This document shows positions 17,580-25,815 of a DNA stretch of 64,000 nucleotides, in pieces. The DNA comes from Planctomycetota bacterium (GTDB taxonomy: Bacteria; Planctomycetota; B15-G4). The notes beneath the pieces were generated by a model. The model did no database searches. It saw only the letters and a program-made list of their open reading frames with translations, and was not told where the DNA came from. The DNA lies in NCBI GenBank assembly GCA_038212275.1, contig JBBQUR010000006.1, positions 128,001 through 192,000 of the forward strand, given 5' to 3'. The stretch's first letter is position 1; each line of letters opens with the position of its first letter. Made by a program: the position numbers and the translations under genes.

Positions 17580-19275
17580 GCTCCTCGCTCTCCTGCACAT
17601 CCAGCTCTCCGTCGGCCGCGGCCAGCGCCTCGTCGAGGGTCGGCAGCTCGATCACGCGCACGGTCATCGGCACGTCGGGCGGGAGCTTGTTCCAGAGAAA
17701 GTCCGGGATCGTGTAGCGGTCGCGCATCGACAGGCCGTACTCCTCCCACGTGTGCAGCGACGTGGTGAGGCCGGGGATGGAGAAGTGCACCGTGAAGCGC
17801 GTGTCCGGATCGTCGGGCAGCTTCCACCTCAGCTCCGGCGGCGCCACGTGCCGGCTGCCGTCCTTCGGCGCCGCCAGCCGCATCACGGAGAGGCGCCGCT
17901 CCTCGGGCACGCGCGCGATCGGATCGAAGGCCATGAAGTGCGCGTCGCGCGCCCGCGACGGGGGCCAGTAGGCCGGGCCCAGGTCGTGGACCTGCGCGTG
18001 GAAGCAGAGCAGGGCGAGGCCTGCACCAACGCACAGCGCGGGCAGGCGCGGCATCCAGCACCAGCAGGCGGCGACGAGGCAGGCCAGCGCGGGCAGCGTG
18101 GGGTGCAGGTAGCGGCCGTGCAGCTGGTTGAAGTCGAGGAAATACTTCGTGGCGGCGACGAGGTTGACGGCGACGGCGGCGCCGAAGAGCAGCATGACGC
18201 GGCCGTCCACGCCGGCGCGCGCCATGCGCCGTCGCACCGGCGTGAGCGCAGCCAGCAGGGGCGCGAGCCCCGCCAGTGCCGCGAAGGCCAGCAGCGAGTA
18301 GGGCGCGGCGCGGAAGTTGCCCGAGAGCTGGCCGATGTAGCTGCGTGCGATGGCGGGCAGGAAGCGCAGCAGCGCATCGACGGTGCCGATCGTGCGCGTG
18401 CCGCCGAACTTCGCGGCGATGACGCTCCAGCCGAAGGGGTCGCCGTAGTGCGCGACGTTCCACGCGAAGTACAGCCCGGTGGTCACCGCGAAGCCCGCGA
18501 CGAAGCCGTCGAACGTGCGCAGGCTCACGCGCCACGGCTCGCCGCGCGGGCGGCGCAGCAGCAGCGCCAGCGGCAGCAGCGGCAGCAGGAAGGTCGCGGA
18601 GAGTTTGGCCAGGTGCGCGAGGCCCACGAGCGTGCCGACCGCGAAGCCGGAGCCTCTCGTCGGTGCAGGGTCGCGGGCCAGCCGGACCTCGGCCAGCAGC
18701 GCGAAGGTGGCCAGCGCGATGGCGAGCGGATCGTTGGAGAGGCCGCCGCACAGCGACACGAAGGCCGGGTTGAAGGCGACGAGGGCGGCGGCGCCGAGCG
18801 CGACGCCCGCGGAGCCCGGAACCGCGCGGCGCCCCAGCGCATACGCGCCGCACACCACCGCCACGCCGCACAGCACGTCGAGCATGCGCAGCAGGTGGAA
18901 GCGTCGCGCGGGGCCGGCAAAGGGAAAGATCTCGTCGACGCCGTGCAGGAAGCGGGCGGGTCCGGGGGCGCCGGCGAGGTCGGCGCGCCGCGCGAGAAAG
19001 ACCGTGTCCGCGATGCCGAGCGCGTGGGCGCCGGCCGTGAACATCCAGTAGGCCAGCGGTGGTTGCACGCCCTCGTTGAGCGCCAGGACCGGCATGTCCG
19101 TCAGGTCGGGCATCGTGCCGCGCGTGGCCCAGTGCTCGATGACCTGCCAGTGCTCGTATTCGTCGGCCGGTTCCCACAGCGGCAGCAGCAGCGAGGCATT
19201 GACCGCCAGCGCGACGAAGGCCGCGACGATCGCCCCCAGCAGGAGGCGCGCGGCGGCGGGCGAGAGGGGCCTCAT
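17545..19275 (-). CDS. Polytopic membrane glycosyltransferase-like protein (GT-C/ArnT/PMT-like)
   Basis: PADEYEH and QPPLAY in the first loop, SNDPL, GLAHLAK and GRYLHP motifs; many TM helices. Confidence 0.75.
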   Translation of the reverse strand: MRPLSPAAARLLLGAIVAAFVALAVNASLLLPLWEPADEYEHWQVIEHWATRGTMPDLTDMPVLALNEGVQPPLAYWMFTAGAHALGIADTVFLARRADLAGAPGPARFLHGVDEIFPFAGPARRFHLLRMLDVLCGVAVVCGAYALGRRAVPGSAGVALGAAALVAFNPAFVSLCGGLSNDPLAIALATFALLAEVRLARDPAPTRGSGFAVGTLVGLAHLAKLSATFLLPLLPLALLLRRPRGEPWRVSLRTFDGFVAGFAVTTGLYFAWNVAHYGDPFGWSVIAAKFGGTRTIGTVDALLRFLPAIARSYIGQLSGNFRAAPYSLLAFAALAGLAPLLAALTPVRRRMARAGVDGRVMLLFGAAVAVNLVAATKYFLDFNQLHGRYLHPTLPALACLVAACWCWMPRLPALCVGAGLALLCFHAQVHDLGPAYWPPSRARDAHFMAFDPIARVPEERRLSVMRLAAPKDGSRHVAPPELRWKLPDDPDTRFTVHFSIPGLTTSLHTWEEYGLSMRDRYTIPDFLWNKLPPDVPMTVRVIELPTLDEALAAADGELDVQESEELTLRRVSAPSR

Positions 19276-19391
19276 GCAGCAGACTCTCGCAAACGGCCGG
19301 CGCTCCCGGTAGGAAGGAGCGCTCGTCGGGTGGCCGGGATGCGGCGCCCGGGCGCCGACGCCGCGCGATCAGGCATCCCCGGGAGTGCGAC

Positions 19392-20042
19392 ATGGCTGCT
19401 GCGCTGCGCGAGATCGGCTGGGCCCGCGCACTGCGCTACGGATGGCTCGAACTGGCCATGCTGCTGCACGCCGCGTTGCTGCTGCCTCCGCTGCGCGCCG
19501 GCTGGTTGCGCCTGCTCGGCGCGCGCATCGCCGGCGGCGCGCTGCTCATGGACGTGCGCTTCTCCAACCTGGACCGCACCGGCCTGGCCGGGCTTTCCAT
19601 CGGCAGGCGCTGCTACCTCGGCCGCGGCGTGCGCCTCGATCTCGCGGACCGCATCGAGCTGCTCGACGACACCACGCTGGCCGACGGCTGCGTCGTGCTC
19701 ACGCACCTCAACGTCGGCTACCGCGAGCACCCGCTGCAGGCCGCCTTTCCCTCGATGCACGCACCGGCTCGCCTCGGGCCCGGAGCCTTCGTCGGCGCCG
19801 GCGCGCTCATCCTGCCGGGCTGCTCGGTCGGCGCGCGCGCCTTCGTGGCGGCCGGCAGCGTGGTGACCGCCAGCGTGCCCGACGGCGCCATCGTCGCCGG
19901 CAACCCGGCGCGCGTCATCGGCGACGTTGCGGCGCGCGCGGCCGCGCAGGCCGGGCAGGCCGGGAGCGTCGCGTCCGCAGCGCCGCGGACAGCGCCGGCA
20001 GCGCCCTCAGCGCCCTCAGCGCCTGGGCGCGTGGACGGCTGA
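19392..20042 (+). CDS. Hexapeptide-repeat (left-handed beta-helix) acyltransferase
   Basis: LSIGRRCYLG, AFVGAGALILPGCSVGARAFVAAGSVV and VAGNPARVI motifs. Confidence 0.9.
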   Translation: MAAALREIGWARALRYGWLELAMLLHAALLLPPLRAGWLRLLGARIAGGALLMDVRFSNLDRTGLAGLSIGRRCYLGRGVRLDLADRIELLDDTTLADGCVVLTHLNVGYREHPLQAAFPSMHAPARLGPGAFVGAGALILPGCSVGARAFVAAGSVVTASVPDGAIVAGNPARVIGDVAARAAAQAGQAGSVASAAPRTAPAAPSAPSAPGRVDG

Positions 20043-20046
20043 GAGC

Positions 20047-20781
20047 TCAGCGCTCGCGGAAGAGCCGCGCGCGGAAGCGGCACAGCTGCAGGAAGTAGAC
20101 CGCGCTGTCCCGCAGCGGACGCACCGTCGACGCCTTGTCGAAGCGGCGCACGAAAGTCACCGGCACCTCCACGATCGCGAGGCCCGCGCGCTCGGCGCGC
20201 ACCGAGAGCTCGGTGTCGAAGAACCAGCCCTGGTCGTGCACGCCATCCAGCACCGGCAGGATGGCGGCGCGGCGGAACCACTTGCAGCCCGATTCCGTGT
20301 CGCGCAGCGCCGTGCCCAGCACGGTGCGCATGAGTCGCGAGTAGCCGCGCGACAGCAGGTGCCGCAGCAGGGAATGCGCTTCCAGCGTGTAGGAGCGCCG
20401 CCCGATGACCATGTCCGCGCCGGCCTCCAGCGCGTCGAGGCAGGGGCCGATGGCCTCCTCCGAGATTTCGAGGTCGATGTCGAGAAAGCCGGCGAGGCGG
20501 CCCCGCGCGAGGCGCAGACCGTCCGCGACCACGCCGCCGCGGCCGGTGTTCGCAGCGTGGTGCGCCGTGCGCAGCGGAAGCTCCGGATGGGCGGCCACGA
20601 AGGCGTCGATGAGAGCGCGCGTGTCGTCGGGGCTGGCATCGTCGATGAGCAGCAGCTCCCACGACAGCCCGCGGCGCGCCAACCAGCTCGTCAGGCGACG
20701 CAGGCTCTCCGGCAGCGTCGGGCCTTCGCGGTAGCACGGCACGATCACCGTGAGTTCGGGACTCTCAAGCGCCATGCTCAT
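20047..20781 (-). CDS. Glycosyltransferase family 2 (polyprenol-phosphate glycosyltransferase-like)
   Basis: VIVPCYRE, IDDASPDDT, NTGRGG, FLDIDL, DTESGCK and FFDTE motifs. Confidence 0.92.
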   Translation of the reverse strand: MSMALESPELTVIVPCYREGPTLPESLRRLTSWLARRGLSWELLLIDDASPDDTRALIDAFVAAHPELPLRTAHHAANTGRGGVVADGLRLARGRLAGFLDIDLEISEEAIGPCLDALEAGADMVIGRRSYTLEAHSLLRHLLSRGYSRLMRTVLGTALRDTESGCKWFRRAAILPVLDGVHDQGWFFDTELSVRAERAGLAIVEVPVTFVRRFDKASTVRPLRDSAVYFLQLCRFRARLFRER

Positions 20782-20807
20782 CGCCGCCGCAGTCTAGCGG
20801 TGCCGCG

Positions 20808-20864
20808 GGTCGCTTTCAGGCCGCCGGTCGCTGTCAAGCTGCAGGTCGCTGTCAGGCTGCAGGT
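20808..20864. repeat. 3 x 18-bp direct repeat (GGTCGCTKTCARGCYGCM) in a divergent intergenic region
   Basis: Units at 20808, 20826 and 20844, read directly. Confidence 0.8.
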
Positions 20865-20956
20865 GTGCGCGCTCCGGGACGCGGATAGGCTCAGTCGCGC
20901 GGCGTTCGGCGCGACGGCCGGACGCGCGCGCCGCAGCTCCCGCTTTCGAGTCCTGC

Positions 20957-21901
20957 ATGCCCGCCGACTTCTCCGTGATCTGCCCCGCCTGCGGTGGTGA
21001 GGTGCCGCTGGGCGCGGCGTCGACCGGACCGGCATGCAGGCGCTGCGGTCGGGCGCTCGAGCAGCGCGACGGCATCACGCTGCTGGATGCGGCGGCGGGC
21101 GCCGGCGACTATCCCGCCGCGGTCTACGACGTCATCGCGCCCGTCGAGGGCGTGCACTGGTGGCACGCCTCGCGCAACGAAGTCATCCGGCGCGCCTTGC
21201 TGCCCGCGGCGCGCAAGCGCGGCTTGACCACGGTCGCGGAGGTGGGCTGCGGCACGGGCTTCGTGCTTGCCGCGCTGGAGGCCGCAGGCTTCGACGTGTG
21301 CGGCTTCGACATGCAGATCGAGGGCCTGCGACACGCGCGCGGCCGCACCGGCGCGCCCCTGGTGCGCAGCGGCACGCGAGCGCTCCCGCTCGCAAGGCCC
21401 GTGGACATCGTCGCGCTGTGCGATGTGCTCGAGCACGCCGACGAAGCGCCGTTGCTGGCCGACTGCCGCGCGGCTCTTGCGCCGCGCGGACTGCTGCTCG
21501 TGACGGTGCCCGCACGGCCCGGACTGTGGTCGCTGGAGGACGAACTCTCCGGCCACCGCCGACGCTACACGCGAGCCAGCCTGCGTGCGGCACTGCAGGC
21601 GGCGGGCCTGCGGCCGGTGCTGCTGCGGCCGTATCACGCGCTCGTCACGCTGCCGGCGCTCCTGCATCGCCGCGGCCGCGGAGCGCGGCGTCGCGCACGC
21701 CTGGCGACGCCGGTGTCGGGCGCGACGGGGCCGGATCCGGCGGCGTTCTTCGCGGAAGCGCTGCGGCCGCCGTCGCGCGCGATCTCGCTGGCGATGCGTC
21801 TGGCGCTGGGCGTCGAGAATCGCGTCGGCACGCTTTTCAGCCTGCCGTTCGGAAGTTCCCTGCTGGCTCTGGCGGAACGCGACGACGCCCCCGCGTCCTG
21901 A
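20957..21901 (+). CDS. Class I SAM-dependent methyltransferase with N-terminal Zn-ribbon
   Basis: CPAC...CRRC; HWW, EVGCGTG, DVLEH, LVTVPA and GHRRRY motifs. Confidence 0.88.
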   Translation: MPADFSVICPACGGEVPLGAASTGPACRRCGRALEQRDGITLLDAAAGAGDYPAAVYDVIAPVEGVHWWHASRNEVIRRALLPAARKRGLTTVAEVGCGTGFVLAALEAAGFDVCGFDMQIEGLRHARGRTGAPLVRSGTRALPLARPVDIVALCDVLEHADEAPLLADCRAALAPRGLLLVTVPARPGLWSLEDELSGHRRRYTRASLRAALQAAGLRPVLLRPYHALVTLPALLHRRGRGARRRARLATPVSGATGPDPAAFFAEALRPPSRAISLAMRLALGVENRVGTLFSLPFGSSLLALAERDDAPAS

Positions 21902-21941
21902 GACGCGGAGGCGTCGCGAACGACCTCGCGCTGATGTCAGC

Positions 21942-23339
21942 TCAGGGAGTCAGGCTCTTCAGTCCGTTCGACATGGCAAAGCCCTTCGGCGCGCCCGGGT
22001 CGAGGATGAGGCACTGCCAGTAGAGTTCGACTCCAGCCGGCAGTCCCGCCGGCCAGACGAACTGGAGACCGATGGAGCCGCTCGGGGCGATCCCCGAGAT
22101 CGTCAGCAGCAGGTCCGGGAACGGAACGAGGACGCCCTGCTTGAAGGGCGCGAAAAGGCTGGTGAGACCGATGACGAACGCGGCGGCCGCACTGGGCTTG
22201 CCGTTCGTCAGCACCACGCTGGTGTCGCTGCCGGCGGTGAGCGGGCCCGAGCCAAGCAGAACCGGCACGCCGGTGGTCCCCTCCAGACCGTTGCCGAGGT
22301 TCGTCCACTGCGGCGCGGGCGCGGGCAGTTCGACGATGAAGCCCCTGGACGCGAACGGACTCGAGCCCTCGCCGGCGCCTACGACGATGCGGCCGTCGTC
22401 GCTGACGGCGGTGCAGACCTGGAGCGGCGGAGCGCCGTTCAGGCCGAGCGCGGTCAGTCGGGTGTTGAGCGAGATCATGCCGTCGATGGAGGTCCAGACC
22501 CACGCCTGGCGGCTGAGCGACACGTAGTCGAAGCCGACGATGGTGTTGGCGTCCTCGCTGATGCCGGAAGCCGCGGCGGCCCAGCCGGAGGGATGCAGCT
22601 TGCCGAGGTTCGTGGCGAAGCCGGTCTGCTGGTTGCGGACGAAGGCGCTGTAGTAGCCGCCCGAGAAGTACAGCGTGCCGACGGAGAGGCCGCCGTTCGA
22701 AGTGAAGCTGTACACCTCGCCTTGCAGGTTGGCGTCGACGACGGCGCCGGACGTGTTGGGGGACCAGAAGGCGGGCGTTCGGCTGAACGTTCCCTGGGCA
22801 AAGCCGCCGAGCGTCGAGCCGTCGCTGGAGATCGTGCTGCAGCGATTGTGTCCGTTGGCGAGACCCTCCAGCTCCTGCATGCCGGTGGCCGCCGTCCAGC
22901 GGAAGCCGCGTCCGTCGCAACCACCGAACCAGGACAGGCCGACGATGGTGCTGCCGTCGCCGGAAATGTCGTAGGCATTGCTGCGGCTCGGGCAGCTTGC
23001 CGCGCTGGGCAGCCAGCCAAGGCTCAGCCAGCCGCCGGCCTGGGTCCAGATGGCGGCGACGTCTGCTCCGATCACCGAGTCGTAGATGTCGCCGCAGGCC
23101 ACGGTGCCGTCATCCGAGATGGCCTTCATGCGGCCGCCCGCGATGAGCGTCGGCGCCGGATCCTGCTTCCAGTGCCAGATGAAACTGCCGCTGCCCGAGG
23201 TGCCGCACACGATCGAACCATCGGGCGTGAGGTCGGCGATGAAGGTCTGGTTGTCCATGAGGACGAGTTGCTGGGAGAAGGCGGGCGTCGCGAGCGCGAG
23301 CGCAGCCAGGAGCGGCAGGTTCAGGATTCTTGCGAGCAT
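21942..23339 (-). CDS. Secreted protein with HAF-like beta-repeats and a conserved C-terminal domain (paralog A)
   Basis: Signal peptide MLARILNLPLLAALALATPAFSQ (ATG 23339, GGAG upstream); repeats ISxDGSxxxG and FRWTAATGMQEL; C-terminal WTNLGNGL...SNGLKSLTP domain. Confidence 0.8.
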   Translation of the reverse strand: MLARILNLPLLAALALATPAFSQQLVLMDNQTFIADLTPDGSIVCGTSGSGSFIWHWKQDPAPTLIAGGRMKAISDDGTVACGDIYDSVIGADVAAIWTQAGGWLSLGWLPSAASCPSRSNAYDISGDGSTIVGLSWFGGCDGRGFRWTAATGMQELEGLANGHNRCSTISSDGSTLGGFAQGTFSRTPAFWSPNTSGAVVDANLQGEVYSFTSNGGLSVGTLYFSGGYYSAFVRNQQTGFATNLGKLHPSGWAAAASGISEDANTIVGFDYVSLSRQAWVWTSIDGMISLNTRLTALGLNGAPPLQVCTAVSDDGRIVVGAGEGSSPFASRGFIVELPAPAPQWTNLGNGLEGTTGVPVLLGSGPLTAGSDTSVVLTNGKPSAAAAFVIGLTSLFAPFKQGVLVPFPDLLLTISGIAPSGSIGLQFVWPAGLPAGVELYWQCLILDPGAPKGFAMSNGLKSLTP

Positions 23340-23454
23340 GAAGTGTTCTCCTGCATGGGAATGATGAGGGCGTGAGGGAAGAATCGGGCCACGGGATCGC
23401 GAGCTGCGATGCGGCACGCGAGCTGTCGTGCGAGGTCGGGCAGCACGACTCGCC

Positions 23455-24852
23455 TCAGGGTGTCGTGCTCTTCAGTGCATTGGAGATGGAAAAGCCTTTT
23501 GGCCCGAGCGGGTCCACGACGACGCACTGCCAGAAGGTGGCGACGCCGCTCGGCACGCCGGCGGGCCACGCGAAGGGAAAACCGACCGAGCCGCTGGGGG
23601 CAAGCGCCGGAATCGTCACGATCAGGTCCGGGAAGGGGACGAGGATGCCCTGCTTGAAGGGCGCGTCGATCCGGCTCAGGCCGACGATCAAGGCGGCAGG
23701 GCTGCTGCGCTTGCCATGCGTGAGCACGACGTTGGTGGAGCTGCCGGCCGTGAGCGCGCCGGTGCCGACGAGCAGCGGCACGCCGTTGGTGCCGGCCAAT
23801 CCGTTGCCGAGGTCGGTCCACTGCGGTTGCGCGGACTTCAGCTCGACGATGTAGCCGAGGCTGTCGAAGGCGCCCGGTCCCTGGGCTCCGCCGATGACGA
23901 CGTTGCCGTCATCGCTGACGCCCCTGCAGATGAGCAGCGGCGGTGCGCCGGTCACGCCGAGTGCGGTGAGGCGGTTGTTCAGCGAGATCATGCCGTCGGC
24001 GGAGGTCCAGACCCAGGCCTCGCGGCCGAGCGAGATGTAGTCGTAGCCGACGACCGTCCGCCCGTCCTCGCTGATGTCCTGCGCGTTGCTGGCCCAGTTG
24101 GAGTGGAGGCTGCCGAGGTTCGTCATCACGCCGGTCTGCTTGCTGCGGAGGAAGGCGCGATAGAAGGACTGGCCGGCAAAGCCGAACTCGCCGACGGACA
24201 TGCTGCCGTCCTCGTTGAAGCCGCTGACCTCGCCGCGGGTCGCGGCATCGATGACCGCACCGGACGTGTTCGGCTCCCAGTAGGCCGGCGTGCGCTCGAA
24301 ATTGCCCTGCGCGAATCCGCCGAGCGTCGATCCGTCACCGGAGATCGCGCTGCAGCGATTGTTGCCGTTGGCCAGATTCTGCAGCTCCTGCATTCCCGTG
24401 GCAGCGGTCCAGCGCATGCCGCGCGCATTGCAGGACACCCAGGAGAGGCCGACCACCGTCGTTCCGTCGCCCGAGAGGTCGTAGGCCGTGCTGCGCGAAG
24501 GACAGCTCAGCGCGTTGGGGAGCCAGCCGCAGCTCTGCCAGCCCGTCGCTGCCGTCCACCGGGCGGCGACCTGAGCATCCACGATCGGGTCGATGATGTT
24601 GCCGGCCACCACGGTGCCGTCGTCGGAGACGGCCTCGATGGTGCCGCCGAGGATGACCGTCGGCGCGGGATCCACGCGCCAGCGCCAGATGAAACCGTCG
24701 GCGTAGTTCCACGTGCCGACGACGACCTCGCCGTCCGGCGTGATGTCCGTGGCCCAGCTTCCGAGCGGCAGCGTGACGAGCTTCTGCGCGACGACCTGTC
24801 CGGTGAGGGCAAGTGCGGCGACCAGGACCGAGGCGATGATTCGTGAAGTCAT
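23455..24852 (-). CDS. Secreted protein with HAF-like beta-repeats and a conserved C-terminal domain (paralog B)
   Basis: Signal peptide; collinear with paralog A (CPSRS, RWTAATGMQEL, NRCS, DGMISLN, PFKQG.LVPFPDL); both 465 aa. Confidence 0.8.
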   Translation of the reverse strand: MTSRIIASVLVAALALTGQVVAQKLVTLPLGSWATDITPDGEVVVGTWNYADGFIWRWRVDPAPTVILGGTIEAVSDDGTVVAGNIIDPIVDAQVAARWTAATGWQSCGWLPNALSCPSRSTAYDLSGDGTTVVGLSWVSCNARGMRWTAATGMQELQNLANGNNRCSAISGDGSTLGGFAQGNFERTPAYWEPNTSGAVIDAATRGEVSGFNEDGSMSVGEFGFAGQSFYRAFLRSKQTGVMTNLGSLHSNWASNAQDISEDGRTVVGYDYISLGREAWVWTSADGMISLNNRLTALGVTGAPPLLICRGVSDDGNVVIGGAQGPGAFDSLGYIVELKSAQPQWTDLGNGLAGTNGVPLLVGTGALTAGSSTNVVLTHGKRSSPAALIVGLSRIDAPFKQGILVPFPDLIVTIPALAPSGSVGFPFAWPAGVPSGVATFWQCVVVDPLGPKGFSISNALKSTTP

Positions 24853-25038
24853 GAAGTGTCCAGGGGCAGTGTGTGCGGAAGGGCCTTTCCGGGAAGTCCC
24901 GGCTTCCGGGAGCGCGTGGAGTCACGCGCGCAAGCCCGACCGGAATCTCGGAAGGCTACTCGCGACGAGCACGGCAAGGGGCCCAATTGTTGCGGCGCCC
25001 GAAAGTTTTTGGAGCCTCGATGAGCGGGCGAATTGTCC

Positions 25039-25737
25039 CTACGTCGTGCGGCGATTCACGCTGACGCGCGCCCCGTGGGCGCGGAGCGCGATCGCGCCCG
25101 CGAATCCCTCGGCGGGCTCCCACGCCAGGAGCCTCCAGGTCGCGGGTGCTTCCGGCTCGCCGTCCATGCGTTCGATCCTCACGGGCACGTCGGGCGCGAG
25201 CGAGACGTCGAAGCTGTCCAGCGCGCGGGACAGGCCGTCGCCCAGGGATTTCAGCACGGCCTCCTTCCGCGTCCAGCACCGGTAGAAGCCGCAGAGCTGG
25301 TCGGACTCGGGCAGCGCCCGCAGCGCGGCGACCTCGCTGCGCGAAAAGAAGTGCTCGGCGACATCCTCGCGCAGGGGCTCGATGGCCTCGATGTCGAGGC
25401 CCAGTTCGGCGTCGTCCGAGATGGCCAGTGCGGCAAGTCCCCGTGCATGGCTCAGGTTGAAGTGCGGCACCGGGCCGGACGCCGCCAGCGTCGGCTTGCC
25501 GTGCGCGGAATAGGCGAATCGCAGCGAGCCGGGTGACGAAGCCACGCGCGCCGCGAGCAGTTCGCGGAGGCGCCCGCGAGCGACGACGTGGTGTTCGCGG
25601 TCTCGCGCGAAGTGGTAGCGATCGGCGCGCGCCCGCTCGTCCTCGGTCAGGAAGTGCTCGAGGCGCTGCCGCTCGTCGAGCCCGACATCGAGCGACCAGG
25701 TCCAGAGGTCGATGGTGATGGATCTGCTCATCGTCAC
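25039..25737 (-). CDS. 4'-phosphopantetheinyl transferase, Sfp type
   Basis: GKP, FNLSH, GLDIE and WTRKEA motifs; start is GTG 25737 or ATG 25731. Confidence 0.93.
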   Translation of the reverse strand: MTMSRSITIDLWTWSLDVGLDERQRLEHFLTEDERARADRYHFARDREHHVVARGRLRELLAARVASSPGSLRFAYSAHGKPTLAASGPVPHFNLSHARGLAALAISDDAELGLDIEAIEPLREDVAEHFFSRSEVAALRALPESDQLCGFYRCWTRKEAVLKSLGDGLSRALDSFDVSLAPDVPVRIERMDGEPEAPATWRLLAWEPAEGFAGAIALRAHGARVSVNRRTT

Positions 25738-25815
25738 GGCTGGGACCGGCAGGCCGGGGCTGCGCGCTTCGGACCGTGGGCGTTCCGGCGCGCCGGCAGC
25801 CGACGCTGCGGCCTC

